Below the pieces are notes generated by a model that was given only the letters and a program-made list of their open reading frames with translations, searched no databases and was not told where the DNA came from. Made by a program: the position numbers and the translations under genes. Of a DNA stretch of 59,238 nt, positions 24,505-36,219 are shown piece by piece. This DNA is from Folioceros fuciformis. Its lineage: Eukaryota. The number at the start of each line of letters is the position of its first letter. Position 1 is the first letter of the stretch. The stretch lies in assembly GCA_049999805.1 (NCBI GenBank), contig JBNGIO010006356.1, positions 202,416 to 261,653 of the forward strand, read 5' to 3'.

Positions 24505-27162
24505 TCAGGTAGGTGAGCCGAAGGGGGTTCCCCCAGGAAGCCTAGGTGATCCCCCCTCTAAACGTGCGCCATCAAGAGCTCCGGGCCATCGCTTGTCAAT
24601 GAGGCTGGGACTCGGTGGCCTTTTCCTAAGCTCTAAAATCACTTCGTTATGATCAAGACATGTAAGCAAAACTTGCATGTAGCACTGCTCTGGTGTTCTG
24701 ACGTCAGAGAGCAGTTCCTGCCACACTTCCTTCGATTCATCGTCTACACCCACCATCTTGGCCTTCTCCTCGCTGGAGGATCCTTCGGCACGTTTCGGCG
24801 CTGCTGTAGAAAGGGGCATTCTGTAAACTGGCGCAGCAGGAGACGTCTGCACCTCCCACAGGTCGCGCAACCGTTCAAGCTCCTTCATCACCTCCTTCAC
24901 GTAGGCATCCTGGGAAAGAAATAGGTCAGCGATGTTACAACTGCCCTTCTCGTTGCCCCTGGCGAGCTCCAACAGTTTGGATGAAAACTTGTCAGACTCG
25001 AACTCTGACAAGAATCTCCGAAACTTCGAACGGGCAAGCGTCATGTTCCTTCTGGGACTTCGAGTGGGTTTGGTCAGCATTATCACTGCACCTCCGTCAA
25101 CTAACACCTGGTGCAATAAGGGGTTCTCCAGTATGCTATGTATTTTAGATATCTTGTAACTGGAGGTGGAGCCGGGGCTGGAGCTGGAGCTGGATGTGGG
25201 GCTGGAGCCGGAGCTGGAATTTTGCCAGAGGCCTTCGTAGAGCGTGAAATCTATACGCGCGATATGAATAGACTCTGTGCCGGGCCCCGCTGTAATCAAG
25301 TCACTGAGACACTTAACACGGCTTTTCTGATCGGAGAAATGAAAAGCTATCTTGCATGCCTTTATCTTTGTAACAGCGGATAGAATGCGGCCTCGAACGT
25401 GGAAGAACAACTTTCCGTAGAGGTCGTTGTGGGGAACACCATGTTGGGTGATGGCAAAAACATTGGCGGTACTACTCTACAAGTTGCACAATTTCCACTT
25501 GTTAGTACTATGTAGCAGCTTCAGCACCCTGTTGCACGCCGTTGAAGCTATCATGGGCAACAGTGGACATCTCCAGACTGGACATGAGAGCATACATACC
25601 TGGTGCATATAATGGTGGATAGGCCAACCGCACAGAGGGTCCAGCCGCCCCGTCAGGGCCGTCCAGCCAACATCTGGGTTGTCGATGGCCGACACCAGAG
25701 TTGGGTTGGGGAGGCAATGGTGGTTACCGTAAGACTGAGCTGCAAACGGCAGAAGCAGTCCCGTCTCACCAAACGTTTCCAGTGCAGTGTAATGTGACTC
25801 CAGCAAAAACCCATCGAATCCATGCCGACGGTCATAAAGTGCGAGAATCGCTTGCCGACTTACAGCTCTATTCTTCCAGTTTGAAAGTCCCATCTGTGTC
25901 AAGTACTTATACAACACAATCCCATTTGTCGTGACACATAAGCTGGAACCCGAGCTTACAGTCTGCTTCGTAGTGCCAAATGATATTTCGTCTTTGTCGT
26001 GTTTGTGGGTGAGCTTCACCATGTCGGCCTGTATATCCATTATGTTACGGTCCAGCCCGAATATGGACGATGGCGGTGGAAAGCTGACGCTAGGTCCGGT
26101 GGTAGGAGTCATGTTTAGAAGCTGAACGATGGACTCCATGAGAAGCAGGTACTGGCTCGAAGTCAAGCTTGCAGAGTACCATATGGCAATCACTGCATCC
26201 ACGGCACTGTCGTCCAGCTCACCAGATGCCATTCTCAGGAGCAGGGAGCATAAGATAAGGTTCCGTGCAAGGGTTTGGCCAGCAGGCGTCTGAACAAAGA
26301 TCTGTACTTCCCCCACATACTCTACATCAAGCTGGTGGAGAGTTTCGATTAAGTTGTTCAGATCTATGGTGTCCATGAGTAGTATCCGAAAAGGGTTTGG
26401 CAGACAAGTACCTCCAACAGCTCCCAGTACTCCAAAAGCAGGAATGCTATCCCAAATAAGCGCGGGTGCAGAATGTGCCGCTGCGATGCGATCTATCAGG
26501 CCGCCGTCGGCAAGTGCCTTCTCCCTTTCATAGTTACGCGTGGCAGACTCCATCAAAGCTCTTGCGCAGTGAAATTTATGCCCCGAATCCCAGTGCGCTT
26601 TCCAGCAATGCGCACTGCAATAACCAACCAGCTCACAACGAGGGCACGGAATCTGCGCTTCCTTATGGCAACACTTGCCGTCCAGGGGACTCACGTTTGC
26701 ACATCGTAATCTCCCCGGTGACTCCAAAAACAAGCCCGATCCGTAACGGACGCGTTTTCCCTTCTCGCGGAGGTGTTTGAGGAACTCCGAGAAGAAGATA
26801 GCCGGGTATATCCCTTGCAACAAGCAGAGCCTCGCCATGGAGACCAGGATGAACGCGTGGTACTGACAGCGACCCTGCAGCGGAGTACGAGGATGCCAGG
26901 AACTTGTTGAATCTGCCTCAGGCTCATCATCGGCAGTCTCAGCCGTATGCGCGAACTTTCCAGCCAACTCCTCAGCTAACCAAGGAAAGCGCCTCTCGCA
27001 CTCTCCCACCAGCACTTTGATCTTGGAACGTGTTGGAAGGGGCTCAACAAAAGCTGACAAGTCTGTCAAGTCTATCAACGGAATTTCTGTGTCTTCCAGG
27101 ACGGTCATCTTGAATGAATGGAAGTAGAGAAGATCCCCCCACAGAGTCTTCGAGCAATCCAT
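24505..27162 (-). CDS. zf-MYND + DUF4470-like protein, copy 2; 2 exons
   Basis: Exons 27162-25600 and 25476-24505, with intron 25599-25477 at the equivalent position to copy 1. Shared blocks YPAIFFSEFLKHL, LARNLILCSLLLRMASGELDDSAVDAVIA.WYSA, NDLYGKLFFH. Ser-rich microsatellite insert near 25165-25220. Confidence 0.8.
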
Positions 27163-27491
27163 TAGCGCTCACAGGGAAATGCCTCACAATCTGATCAAGC
27201 ACAGCACCCGGGGCCGACATTTCACTTGCCTTCAGCCCTCCATCCANNNNNNNNNNNNNNNNNNNNNNNNNNNNNNNNNNNNNNNNNNNNNNNNNNNNNN
27301 NNNNNNNNNNNNNNNNNNNNNNNNNNNNNNNNNNNNNNNNNNNNNNCCTTCAGCCCTCCATCCAAACTCCACCTAAACCAAGACCAAGTGCCTCAACTCC
27401 AGCAGGTCCCTTCAACGTGTTTTCGAATCTGTGACTGTTCAGGTCGCCAGGTCCCCTTCTCGCTCTGCCACATGGAGTGCTCCTGTGAGCC

Positions 27492-30400
27492 ATGGTCGGA
27501 AGGTTAACGGGCATTGTGGAACGAGCGTCGGCTCGCGTGGCCCCAAGGAGCAACCAGCGTCCCTTGGCGCTCAACCAAGTCGGAAGGAGCAGCAACCTTG
27601 TGAAACAGATAGACCGTGCAAGAGCAGGCGTGGATGGAATCGGACCCGCCTATCAGGGCCAGGGTGCCCTGTGTCGCCAATTGTTCCTGCACACATCACT
27701 TTGGGGGGATGACAGGCGGGGTGTGGCGAGCCGTGGCTCGCCTGACTCCCGGTACAGACATTCCCAGGATGTCCTCTCCCTGGACTACTGCTCCAATCCA
27801 GCTTGGGTGGATTCGCAGCTTGCTGCTCTGGATGTTAAGATGGGGCGGCTGCAGGGTGCAGGTGTGACGGCCGAAACCGTGAGCAAGCTGTGTCGTGAAG
27901 GCCGTCTTGTTGAAGCTGTTGAGACTCTGGAGGTTCTGGTGCGGTCGGACCGTGCTGTCTCCAAGTCTCTCTTTACCAATGTACTGAAGAACTGTGTGTC
28001 CAAGAAGGATGTTCGGCTGGGGAGCCGGGTGCATACTATGGTAGTGGAACGGGGGCATCAGGGGGACACCATCCTGGGATTCCACATTCTGCGGATGTAT
28101 GCTTCTCGAGGCAGGCTGCACGACGCGATGGATGTGTTTGAGGTCATTGAGAATCCGGATGCCTTTACGTGGTCTGCGGTTATTTCAGCGCATGTCAGAC
28201 AGAGACAAGACAAGAAGGCCATAGAGCTGTATTGTCGGATGAGGAGGTCTGGTGTGAAGCCGGATGGGCATGTGTTCGTGGCAGCTCTTCAGGCTTGCGC
28301 AAGGGGGTCGGACTTGAAGGCGGGACAGCAGGTGCATGCTGATGTGTTGGCTAGTGGGATTGAGCCTAACGTGTTCATTTGTAGCGGCTTGGTGGATATG
28401 TATGCGAAGTGTGGCAACTTGGAGGACGCCCAGAGAGTCTTCGATGCGCTTGGCGAGAAAGATGTGGTGACTTGGAATGCCATGATAGCAGGGTATTCGC
28501 AGAAGGGTAGAGGACACGAGGCCCTTCGGCTCTACGGTGCCATGCTAGAAGAAGGCAAGTCGGTGCCGAATTCCATCACTTTTGTGTGCCTTCTGCAGGC
28601 ATGTGCAAGTGTGGGTGCTCTAGCTTTGGAAAAAGGGAGGGAGCTTCATGCACAGATCAGAGAAGGAAGATTCGAACATGACGTGTTTGTAGCTAGCAGT
28701 TTGGTGAACATGTATGCAAAGTGTGGCTGCTTGCAAGACGCTCAGAGATTGTTTGATAGACTTGGTCAGAAAGATGTGGTGACGTGGAATGCCATGATAG
28801 CAGGTTATTCCCAAGAAGGCATGGGGCAGGAAGCCCTTCGTCTTCACAGTGGTATGCAAGATGAAGGCATCGCTGTACCTGATTCTGTAACATTTGTCTG
28901 CCTCCTGCAGGCATGTGCAAGTGTGGGAGCTGAAGCATTGGAGAAAGGGAAGGAACTTCATATGCAGATCAAAGAACGAGGACATGAAGCGGATGTATTT
29001 GTAGCCAGCAGTTTGGTGAACATGTATGCGAAGTGTCACAGTTTGGAAGATGCTCAAAGAGTGTTTGATGGACTTGCTCAAAAGAATGAAGTGACGTGGA
29101 ATGCTATGATAGCCGGATATTCCCAGCATGGCATGGGCCAGGAAGCCCTCCGACTGTATAATGCTATGCAAGAGGAAGGCATGTCTGCATCCAATTCGGT
29201 GACATTTGTTTGCCTCCTGCAAGCTTGTGCAAGTATGGGTACTCCAGCCTTGGGAAAGGGGAAGCAACTTCATGCACAAATTAACGAGCAAGGACTTGAA
29301 GCTGATGTGTTTGTAGCCAACAGCTTGGTGAACATGTATGCTAAGTGTGGCAGCATAGAAGATGCTCAGGATGTGTTCGACGGACTCGATCAAAAAAATG
29401 TGGTGGCATGTACCGCCATGATAGCAGGGTATGCCCAGCAGGGCCAGGCACAGGAAGCTCTTAGTCTTTACACAGCTATGCAAGAAAGGGGCATTGCTGT
29501 ACCTGACTCTGTAACATTCGTGTGCCTGTTGCAGGCATGTGCAAGTGTGGGAACCAATGCTTTGGCGGATGGAAAACAACTTCACAGGCATATTGGAGAA
29601 CTGGCACTGGATGCTGATGCGTTTGTAGCCAGCAGTTTGGTGAACATGTACGCGAAGTGTGGCAGCTTGGAAGATGCTCACAGTGTGTTTGACAGACTTG
29701 CTAAAAAGAACGTGGTAACGTGGAATGCCATGATAGCAGCGTACTCCCAACAAGCCATGGGCGAGGAAGCCCTTGGTCTGTACAGTGTCATGCAAGAAGA
29801 AGCTATCACTCTACCTGATTGTGTAACATTCCTGTGCCTCCTGCAGGCATGTGCAAGTGTGGGCACCTCAGCTTTGGAGAGGGGCAAGCAGTTGCATACA
29901 CAGATCAGAGAACAAGGATACGAAGGTGATGTGTCTGTCGCCAGCAGTTTAGTAAACATGTATGCAAAGTGTGGCAGCCTTGAGGATGCTCAGAAAGTTT
30001 TCGATGCACTTGATCAAAAGAATGTTGTGACGTGGACTGCCCTGATAGCAGGATATTCCCAGCAGGGCATGGGGCAGGAGGCCCTTCGTCTCTACGGTGC
30101 TATGTTGAGAGAGGGCATGGCTGTGCCAGATTCCATGACATTTGTCTGCCTCCTCCAGGCATGTGCAAATGTGGCAGGTGTGGATCTGGGAAGGCAGCTG
30201 CATTCACAGATAGTAGAACAAGGGCTTCAAACCGATGTGTTTGTTGCTGGGAGTTTGATAAACATGTATGGAAAGTCTGGGAGCATGGTCGATGCACAGG
30301 AGGTGTTTGATGCATTGGTCGAAAGAAATGTTGTCACTTGGAATGCCTTAATTGCGGGCTACGCATGTAAAGGAGACAGTGAAGTAGTCTTTGACTTGGT

Positions 30401-30914
30401 CCAGAAAATGAAAGAGGATGGTGTACTGCCAGACGGCGTTACATTCATTAGTCTACTAACAGTAAGCAGTCATGCGGGTCTAGTGAAGAGGGGGTGGCAA
30501 GACTTTGAGGCTATGAGCAAAGAATACGGCATCACTCCCACTGAGGACCATTACACGTGCATGGTGGATCTCCTGGGCCGAGCAGGACGATTGGATGAGG
30601 CACTAGCTTTGATAAGGTCAATGCCTGTACCGTCTGATGCTGCAGTTTGGCACACCCTGTTGAGTGCCTGTCGAAAGTGGAGCAATGTGGAAGTGGGACG
30701 GCATGCTTTTAGTGAAGCAATAAAGCTTGAGAAGACTGATGCCTCAGCATATGTGCTCATGTCCAACGTGTACACGAGTGCCCAGATGTGGGAGCAGGCA
30801 GAGGAGATGCAGATCAGGAGAAAAAGAATCAAGGCATGGAAGCAGCAGCCAGGTCAGAGTTGGTGGACAGACAAGGACGGATTGGTTCATAGCTTTCTGG
30901 TTGGGGACGAGTAG
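27492..30914 (+). CDS. PLS-class PPR protein (about 26 PPR motifs, E1, E2, truncated WW-type PG box); organellar RNA editing specificity factor
   Basis: Intronless 1140-aa ORF with repeated VVTWNAMIAGY / TFVCLLQAC / SLVNMYAKCG triplets, P2-L2-S2, E1 and E2. It ends PGQSWWTDKDGLVHSFLVGDE* with no HxE...CxxC deaminase motif. Confidence 0.95.
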   Translation: MVGRLTGIVERASARVAPRSNQRPLALNQVGRSSNLVKQIDRARAGVDGIGPAYQGQGALCRQLFLHTSLWGDDRRGVASRGSPDSRYRHSQDVLSLDYCSNPAWVDSQLAALDVKMGRLQGAGVTAETVSKLCREGRLVEAVETLEVLVRSDRAVSKSLFTNVLKNCVSKKDVRLGSRVHTMVVERGHQGDTILGFHILRMYASRGRLHDAMDVFEVIENPDAFTWSAVISAHVRQRQDKKAIELYCRMRRSGVKPDGHVFVAALQACARGSDLKAGQQVHADVLASGIEPNVFICSGLVDMYAKCGNLEDAQRVFDALGEKDVVTWNAMIAGYSQKGRGHEALRLYGAMLEEGKSVPNSITFVCLLQACASVGALALEKGRELHAQIREGRFEHDVFVASSLVNMYAKCGCLQDAQRLFDRLGQKDVVTWNAMIAGYSQEGMGQEALRLHSGMQDEGIAVPDSVTFVCLLQACASVGAEALEKGKELHMQIKERGHEADVFVASSLVNMYAKCHSLEDAQRVFDGLAQKNEVTWNAMIAGYSQHGMGQEALRLYNAMQEEGMSASNSVTFVCLLQACASMGTPALGKGKQLHAQINEQGLEADVFVANSLVNMYAKCGSIEDAQDVFDGLDQKNVVACTAMIAGYAQQGQAQEALSLYTAMQERGIAVPDSVTFVCLLQACASVGTNALADGKQLHRHIGELALDADAFVASSLVNMYAKCGSLEDAHSVFDRLAKKNVVTWNAMIAAYSQQAMGEEALGLYSVMQEEAITLPDCVTFLCLLQACASVGTSALERGKQLHTQIREQGYEGDVSVASSLVNMYAKCGSLEDAQKVFDALDQKNVVTWTALIAGYSQQGMGQEALRLYGAMLREGMAVPDSMTFVCLLQACANVAGVDLGRQLHSQIVEQGLQTDVFVAGSLINMYGKSGSMVDAQEVFDALVERNVVTWNALIAGYACKGDSEVVFDLVQKMKEDGVLPDGVTFISLLTVSSHAGLVKRGWQDFEAMSKEYGITPTEDHYTCMVDLLGRAGRLDEALALIRSMPVPSDAAVWHTLLSACRKWSNVEVGRHAFSEAIKLEKTDASAYVLMSNVYTSAQMWEQAEEMQIRRKRIKAWKQQPGQSWWTDKDGLVHSFLVGDE

Positions 30915-31813
30915 CAAGCTTGAAAGAGTATCATCTCTCCGGTCTCGAAGGTAGATCCTCCAAGCTCATGCTCAGGTCAGACTAGATTTCAGCAATTAAG
31001 TTTACTGTGGAGGTCGAACTCTGAAACAAGCTCATTTGCTGAAGTCTAGTCTGGCCTCCAAATCAGATGAGCTGACACAGCATCGAACCAGGATATGCAC
31101 ACGAAAAGGACCGATGACCCTGGGAACGGGGCAAGTATTGAGCTGAACGGCTTTGTTCTGTCCTTCGAGGAAAGATCATAATCCTGACTTAAATGTTCCA
31201 CTCTTGTTTTATCGTGACGTGTATGTTCTATGTAATATGATTACTTTAACGTCCACGGTAGATTTTGCACTATCCGGAAGTGCAACTTTTTGTGCCCTGC
31301 GAGATAACGCACATGTACGATTCGTACGGTTGTCGTTCCATAAGCAGTCTGTAAGCAAAGCCGCCTTCCGAACTGGTGGCTAATCCGGTGGTGGGCAAGA
31401 TGGGAATGCGTTTCCTTCGTTGCAGGGAGGATGCCATGAAGTTGTAGAGCAAACATCGATTCAATTGCCGAGGGGCATCTCCCAACGCCTGCATCGCAAC
31501 CGCCACCCGTTTCGGCAGCCTGCACCGACTCCCGAATGAAAATTATGTCCAGACGAAAGGCACATGTCATGCATTTCACTGACTTTGACAAGGATTCCAG
31601 GTGTAGTGATCGTCAGTTTGATTCTATCATGCTTCCTGTGAGCCACGATTCCACAGCCAGTCCTCATCTCTTGGAAGGAGGAAAACAGGGAGGGGGCCAT
31701 GGCTACGCTTTTGAACACATATTGTGTGTTTGGAAGCCTCGACTCTGTACCATGTTGGAGGTGAATTGTAGCAACCACATCGTGGTGGATATCATCCCAC
31801 CACCCGAAGTGAA

Positions 31814-34800
31814 ATGATTTGCAGGAGCCTACTCTGGTTTCGTGGTGGCCTTCTCATTGTCAATCAATTGTGCTCCTCCAGGTGGTGTTGTCCATGGCTA
31901 TTCTCACAGTGGGAACAAGTTCCTTTGCGTTACAGGACGGCATCATGTCCATCTCGTGCACACCGGCGTCATACATCCGCAGGCGATGGCTGTCTCCAGC
32001 CTGTTGACAGGTATTCCACGAAGGGCTCGTGCACACCTGACTCCGAGGAGCCAAAGAATTGCTTCGGGAAACAAGTAGGCTCCTGTGGAAATATGCAAGA
32101 CCAGATGTGGGAGCGTTCGAGGCGGTCCCGGGACGTCCCCTGGCCGGACGATGATAACAAGCCAGCTTTGGTGGATGCCCGACTTGCTGCCTTGGATTTG
32201 GAGATGGATTTTTCTGCCTCAAAACCGAACAGGAGGTCTGGAGACGATCCGGATGTTAGACGAGCTGTGAGTGCTGAAACCGTGAGGAAGCTATGTGATC
32301 AGGGCCTTGTTGTTGAGGCTGTTGAGGCGTTGGGTGTTCTCATGCAAACAGGTTGTTGCATTTCAAAATCTTTACTGTATGCTGTGCTAAAGAGTTGTAT
32401 GGGGAAGAAAGATTTTGCTCTGGGTCGGCGCGTCCATGCATTTATGGTGAAAGAGGGGTATCAGGCGGATACATTCGTGTGCAATCATGTCCTCCGGATG
32501 TATGCTTCTCAAGGCAAGTTGCAAGATGCGATGGATGTGCTCACCGTAGTTTCCGAACCAGATGGTCGTCAATAATCACTGTGCATGTGAAACACGGACA
32601 ATACAATCAAGCCGTACAGCTGTATCATCAAACGCGCAGGTCAAGTGTGAAACCAGATGGCCATGTGTTTGTGGCAGTACTTCAGGCTTGTGCACGGCGA
32701 TCGGACTTGAAAACGGGGCAGCTGGTGCATGTGGATGTCTTGGCAACTGGAGTTGAGCCTCACTTAATCGTCTGTAATTGCTTGGTAGACATGTGTGCAA
32801 AGTGTGGAAGCTTAAGCGATGCTCAGAGGCTGTTTGATGGACTTCGTGAAAAGGATGTTGTGACGTGGACTGCTCTCATTGCTGGGTATTCCCAACAGGG
32901 AATGGGACAAGAAGCCCATCGCTTGTACACTCTCATGCAAGAGGAATGTGTCGCTGTGCCCAACTCCGTGACATTTGGCTGTCTACTGCAGACATGTGCA
33001 AGTGTGGGCACCCCTGGATTGGACAAGGGGAAGCAGATCCACTCACAAATAAGAGAGAGAGGAGATGAGGCTGATGTGTTTTTAGCTAACAGTCTGGTGA
33101 ACATGTATGCGAAGTGTAGCAGCTTGGAAGACGCTCAAAGAGTGTTCGACAGGCTTGGTCAACGTCAAAAGGGTGTGGTGACGTGGACTGCTCTAATTGC
33201 AGGGTATTCCCAGCAAGGCATGGGCCAGGAAGCCCTTGGCCTCTACACTGATATGTCAGTAGCGGATTTGACTGTAACCGATTCAGTGACATTTTTGTGC
33301 CTCTTGCATGCCTGTGCTACTGTAGGCAACTCAGCTTTGGAAATGGGGAAGGATTTTCGTACCCAGATTAGAGAACAAGGGCATGAAGCTGACATACGTG
33401 TGGCCAGCAGTTTAGTGGATATGTACGCAAAGTGTGGCAGCTTGGAAGATGCTCAAAATGTGTTTGATGAACTTGATCAAAAAGATTTGGTGACTTGGAC
33501 TGCTCTAATTTCAGGGTATACCCAGCAGGACAGAGGCCAAGAAGCCCTTCGTCTCCACAGTGTTATGCAAGAAGATGACATGGTTGTACCAAATCGTGTG
33601 ACATTTGTGTGTGGTGAAAATGTATGCCAAATGTGGCAGCCTAGAGGATGCTAGAGGTGTGTTTGACGGACTTATTGAAAAAAATGTGGTGAGTTGGAAT
33701 GCCATGATTGGAGCATATTCCCAGCACGGAATGGGTGAGGAGGCTCGCTGTCTTTACAGCAATATGGACGACGAGCAGATGGTTGTACCTGATTCAGTGA
33801 CATTTATGTGCCTCCTTCAGGCTTGTTTAAGTGTGGGAATCACACGTTTAGAGAAAGGGAAGCAGCTTCAGGAGCAAAGCAGAGAACGAGTATATCAAAC
33901 CGATGCACCTATAGCAATCAGTTTGATAAACATGTATGGAAACGGTGGCAGCTTAGAGAATACTCTCAGAGAGGTTGAAGGACTTGGTCAACAAGACGTG
34001 TTGACCTGCAGTGTTATGATAGCAGTCTACAGTCAGCTGGGCAAGTACCAGGAAGCCCTCCAGCTTTTTAGTGCCGTACAGGGAGGAGGCATCTCTTTAC
34101 GTCATTCTACAACACGTGTGTGCCTCCTGCAGGCGTGTGCAAGTCTGGGCCCCCAGCTTTGGATATGGGGATGCGGCTCCATGCCCAAGTCAGAGAACAA
34201 GGATATCGCGAGGACAAATTTGTAGCTTGCAGCTTGATAAACATGAACGCGAAGTGTGGCACCATGTTGGATGCCCAGAAAGTGTTTAACGGGCTTGGAC
34301 CAAAAGATGTAGTAACATGGAATGCCATGGTAGCAGGGTATTCCCAGCAGGCATGGGCCAGGAAGCGCTTGGTCTTTACAGTGCCATGGTAGAAGATGAC
34401 AAGGTTGTTCCTGATTGTGTGACATTTGCGTGCCTGCTGCAGGCATGTGCACATGTGGGTACCCCAGCTTTGGAGAAAGGGAGGCAGCTTTATGTGCATA
34501 TTAAGGAAGGTGGGCATCAAGCTGATGCTTTTGTAGCCAGCAGTCTGGTAAACATGTTTGCAAAGTGTGGCAGCTTGAAAGACGCCCACAGAGAGTTTGA
34601 CGGACTTCCTGAAAAAAAATTTGTAACCTGGACGGTGTTGATAGCAGGGTATTGCCAACAGGACATGGGAGAGGAAGCCATACATGTCTACGGCGATATG
34701 CAGGAAGAGGGCATTGCTATACCTCATTCTGTCACGTTTGTGTGCCTCCTGCAGGCATGTGCGAATGTGGCAGCTTTGCATCTGGGAAGGCAACTACATG

Positions 34801-35530
34801 CACAGATTGCAGCACAAGGGCTTGAAAGCGAATTAATCATAGCCTGCAGTTGATAAATATGTATGGAAAGTCTGGGAGCGTGGCTGATGCGAAACAGGTT
34901 TTTGATGAGTTGCCCCAAAGAGACTTTGTCGCCTGGAATACATTGATTGCAGGTTACAGCTGTCAAGGGGATAGTGAACTGGTTTTCCACTTATTTGAAC
35001 GAATGAGAGAGGACGGCATACACCCTGTGGGCGTCACATTCCTCAGTGTTCTATCTGTATGCAGTCATGCGGATCTAGTGAGGAAGGGCAGAGAGTACTT
35101 TGAGGCAATGAGCAGACATTATGGCATCCCTCCCACGGTGGAGCACTACACATTCATGGTGGACCTTCTGGGCCGCGCTGGACGACTCGATGAGGCACTG
35201 GCTTTGATCAGCTCAATGCGTGAACTCCCTAATGCTTCAGTTTGGCACACGCTGTTGGGTGCTTGTCAAAAGTGGTGTAACGTGGAGATCGGATCCCATG
35301 CTTTCAATGAAGCCCTGAAGCTAGATAAGAAGGATGCCGCAGCATATGTGCTGATGTCCAACATATACACCGGTGCCCAGATGTGGGAGCAGGCCCAGGA
35401 GATGCAGACTGGGCGATTAAGAACGAAGGCATGGAAGATGCCAGGTCAGAGCTGGTGGACAGACATGGATGGACTGGTGCACAGGTCTTTGGTTGGGAAT
35501 ATGAGTCATCCAAGAGTCAAGCGAGGCTGA
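31814..35530 (+). pseudogene. Frameshifted PLS-PPR paralogue of the 27492 gene
   Basis: Same N-terminal block (LAALD...AETV.KLC..G..VEAVE) and C-terminus (PGQSWWTDMDG). Frame breaks near 32563, 33610, 34150, 34350 and 34850. The 5' start is uncertain. Confidence 0.85.
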
Positions 35531-35749
35531 AACAGGTGTTGGGCTGATCAATGAAACGACGGAAACCGTGAGCATAAGAGGAAGGTACGGAAAATAATAA
35601 AAAAAGCCCGAAACCCTAGCTAGCTCTCCACTCTCATCTCCGGCCCGCCCCCTCGATCTCACCTCTTCGCTCTTATCTCAGTCCTATATTCACAACTTTT
35701 AGCATCAATACTAACATGTTCGGAGAATTCTTGCCAGGTTTCTGGGAGC

Positions 35750-35990
35750 ACAAACGATGTGGTGACACGGAATGCCCTGAATGCCGGCATGTCGACAAGG
35801 ACTCGGAGGTTGAGGCGCTTGTTCTAAGGATGGTCTCCTTTTTGATGACCATATTATTTTTACTTGGCTTCTAATGACCTGGGCAAGCACTAGTGCCATA
35901 TACAAGGATAGTGGAGGCATGCATAGAATGTCATTGCATGGAATTCCCTGGTAGCTGGGTATTCCGAGCAAGGGCTTGGACACGAGGTAG
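35750..35990 (+). pseudogene. Short PPR fragment
   Basis: gatgtggtgacacggaatgccctg (DVVTRNAL) and aatgtcattgcatggaattccctggtagctgggtattccgagcaagggcttggacacgag (NVIAWNSLVAGYSEQGLGHE). Confidence 0.7.
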
Positions 35991-36219
35991 CTAATTACGT
36001 CATGGAGTTTATAATTTCGATCCTAATATATTTTGGGTCTAGGGTTTAGGGTTACTTCATTCAAAAAAGTTCTCTCTCTCTTCATAACTTCTCTCTTAAA
36101 GACTTCTTATACAAGAGGGAGGGCTTATCGATATCAACCAATTCAAAGTCCTCCTAGATAATTGGATACTTGTTAAGTCTGCTATTCACTTTCAGGTGAT
36201 CACACACCTATACATCGTC

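Noticed and set aside
27229..27364. 18-bp direct repeat or target-site duplication around an insertion
   Set aside because: The identical ccttcagccctccatcca flanks a 100-N gap. Removing the gap and one copy makes the spacer length match the paralogous spacer, so this is probably a scaffolding overlap.
28185..34990. Repetitive antisense ORFs opposite the PPR genes
   Set aside because: Their periodicity simply mirrors the PPR repeats.
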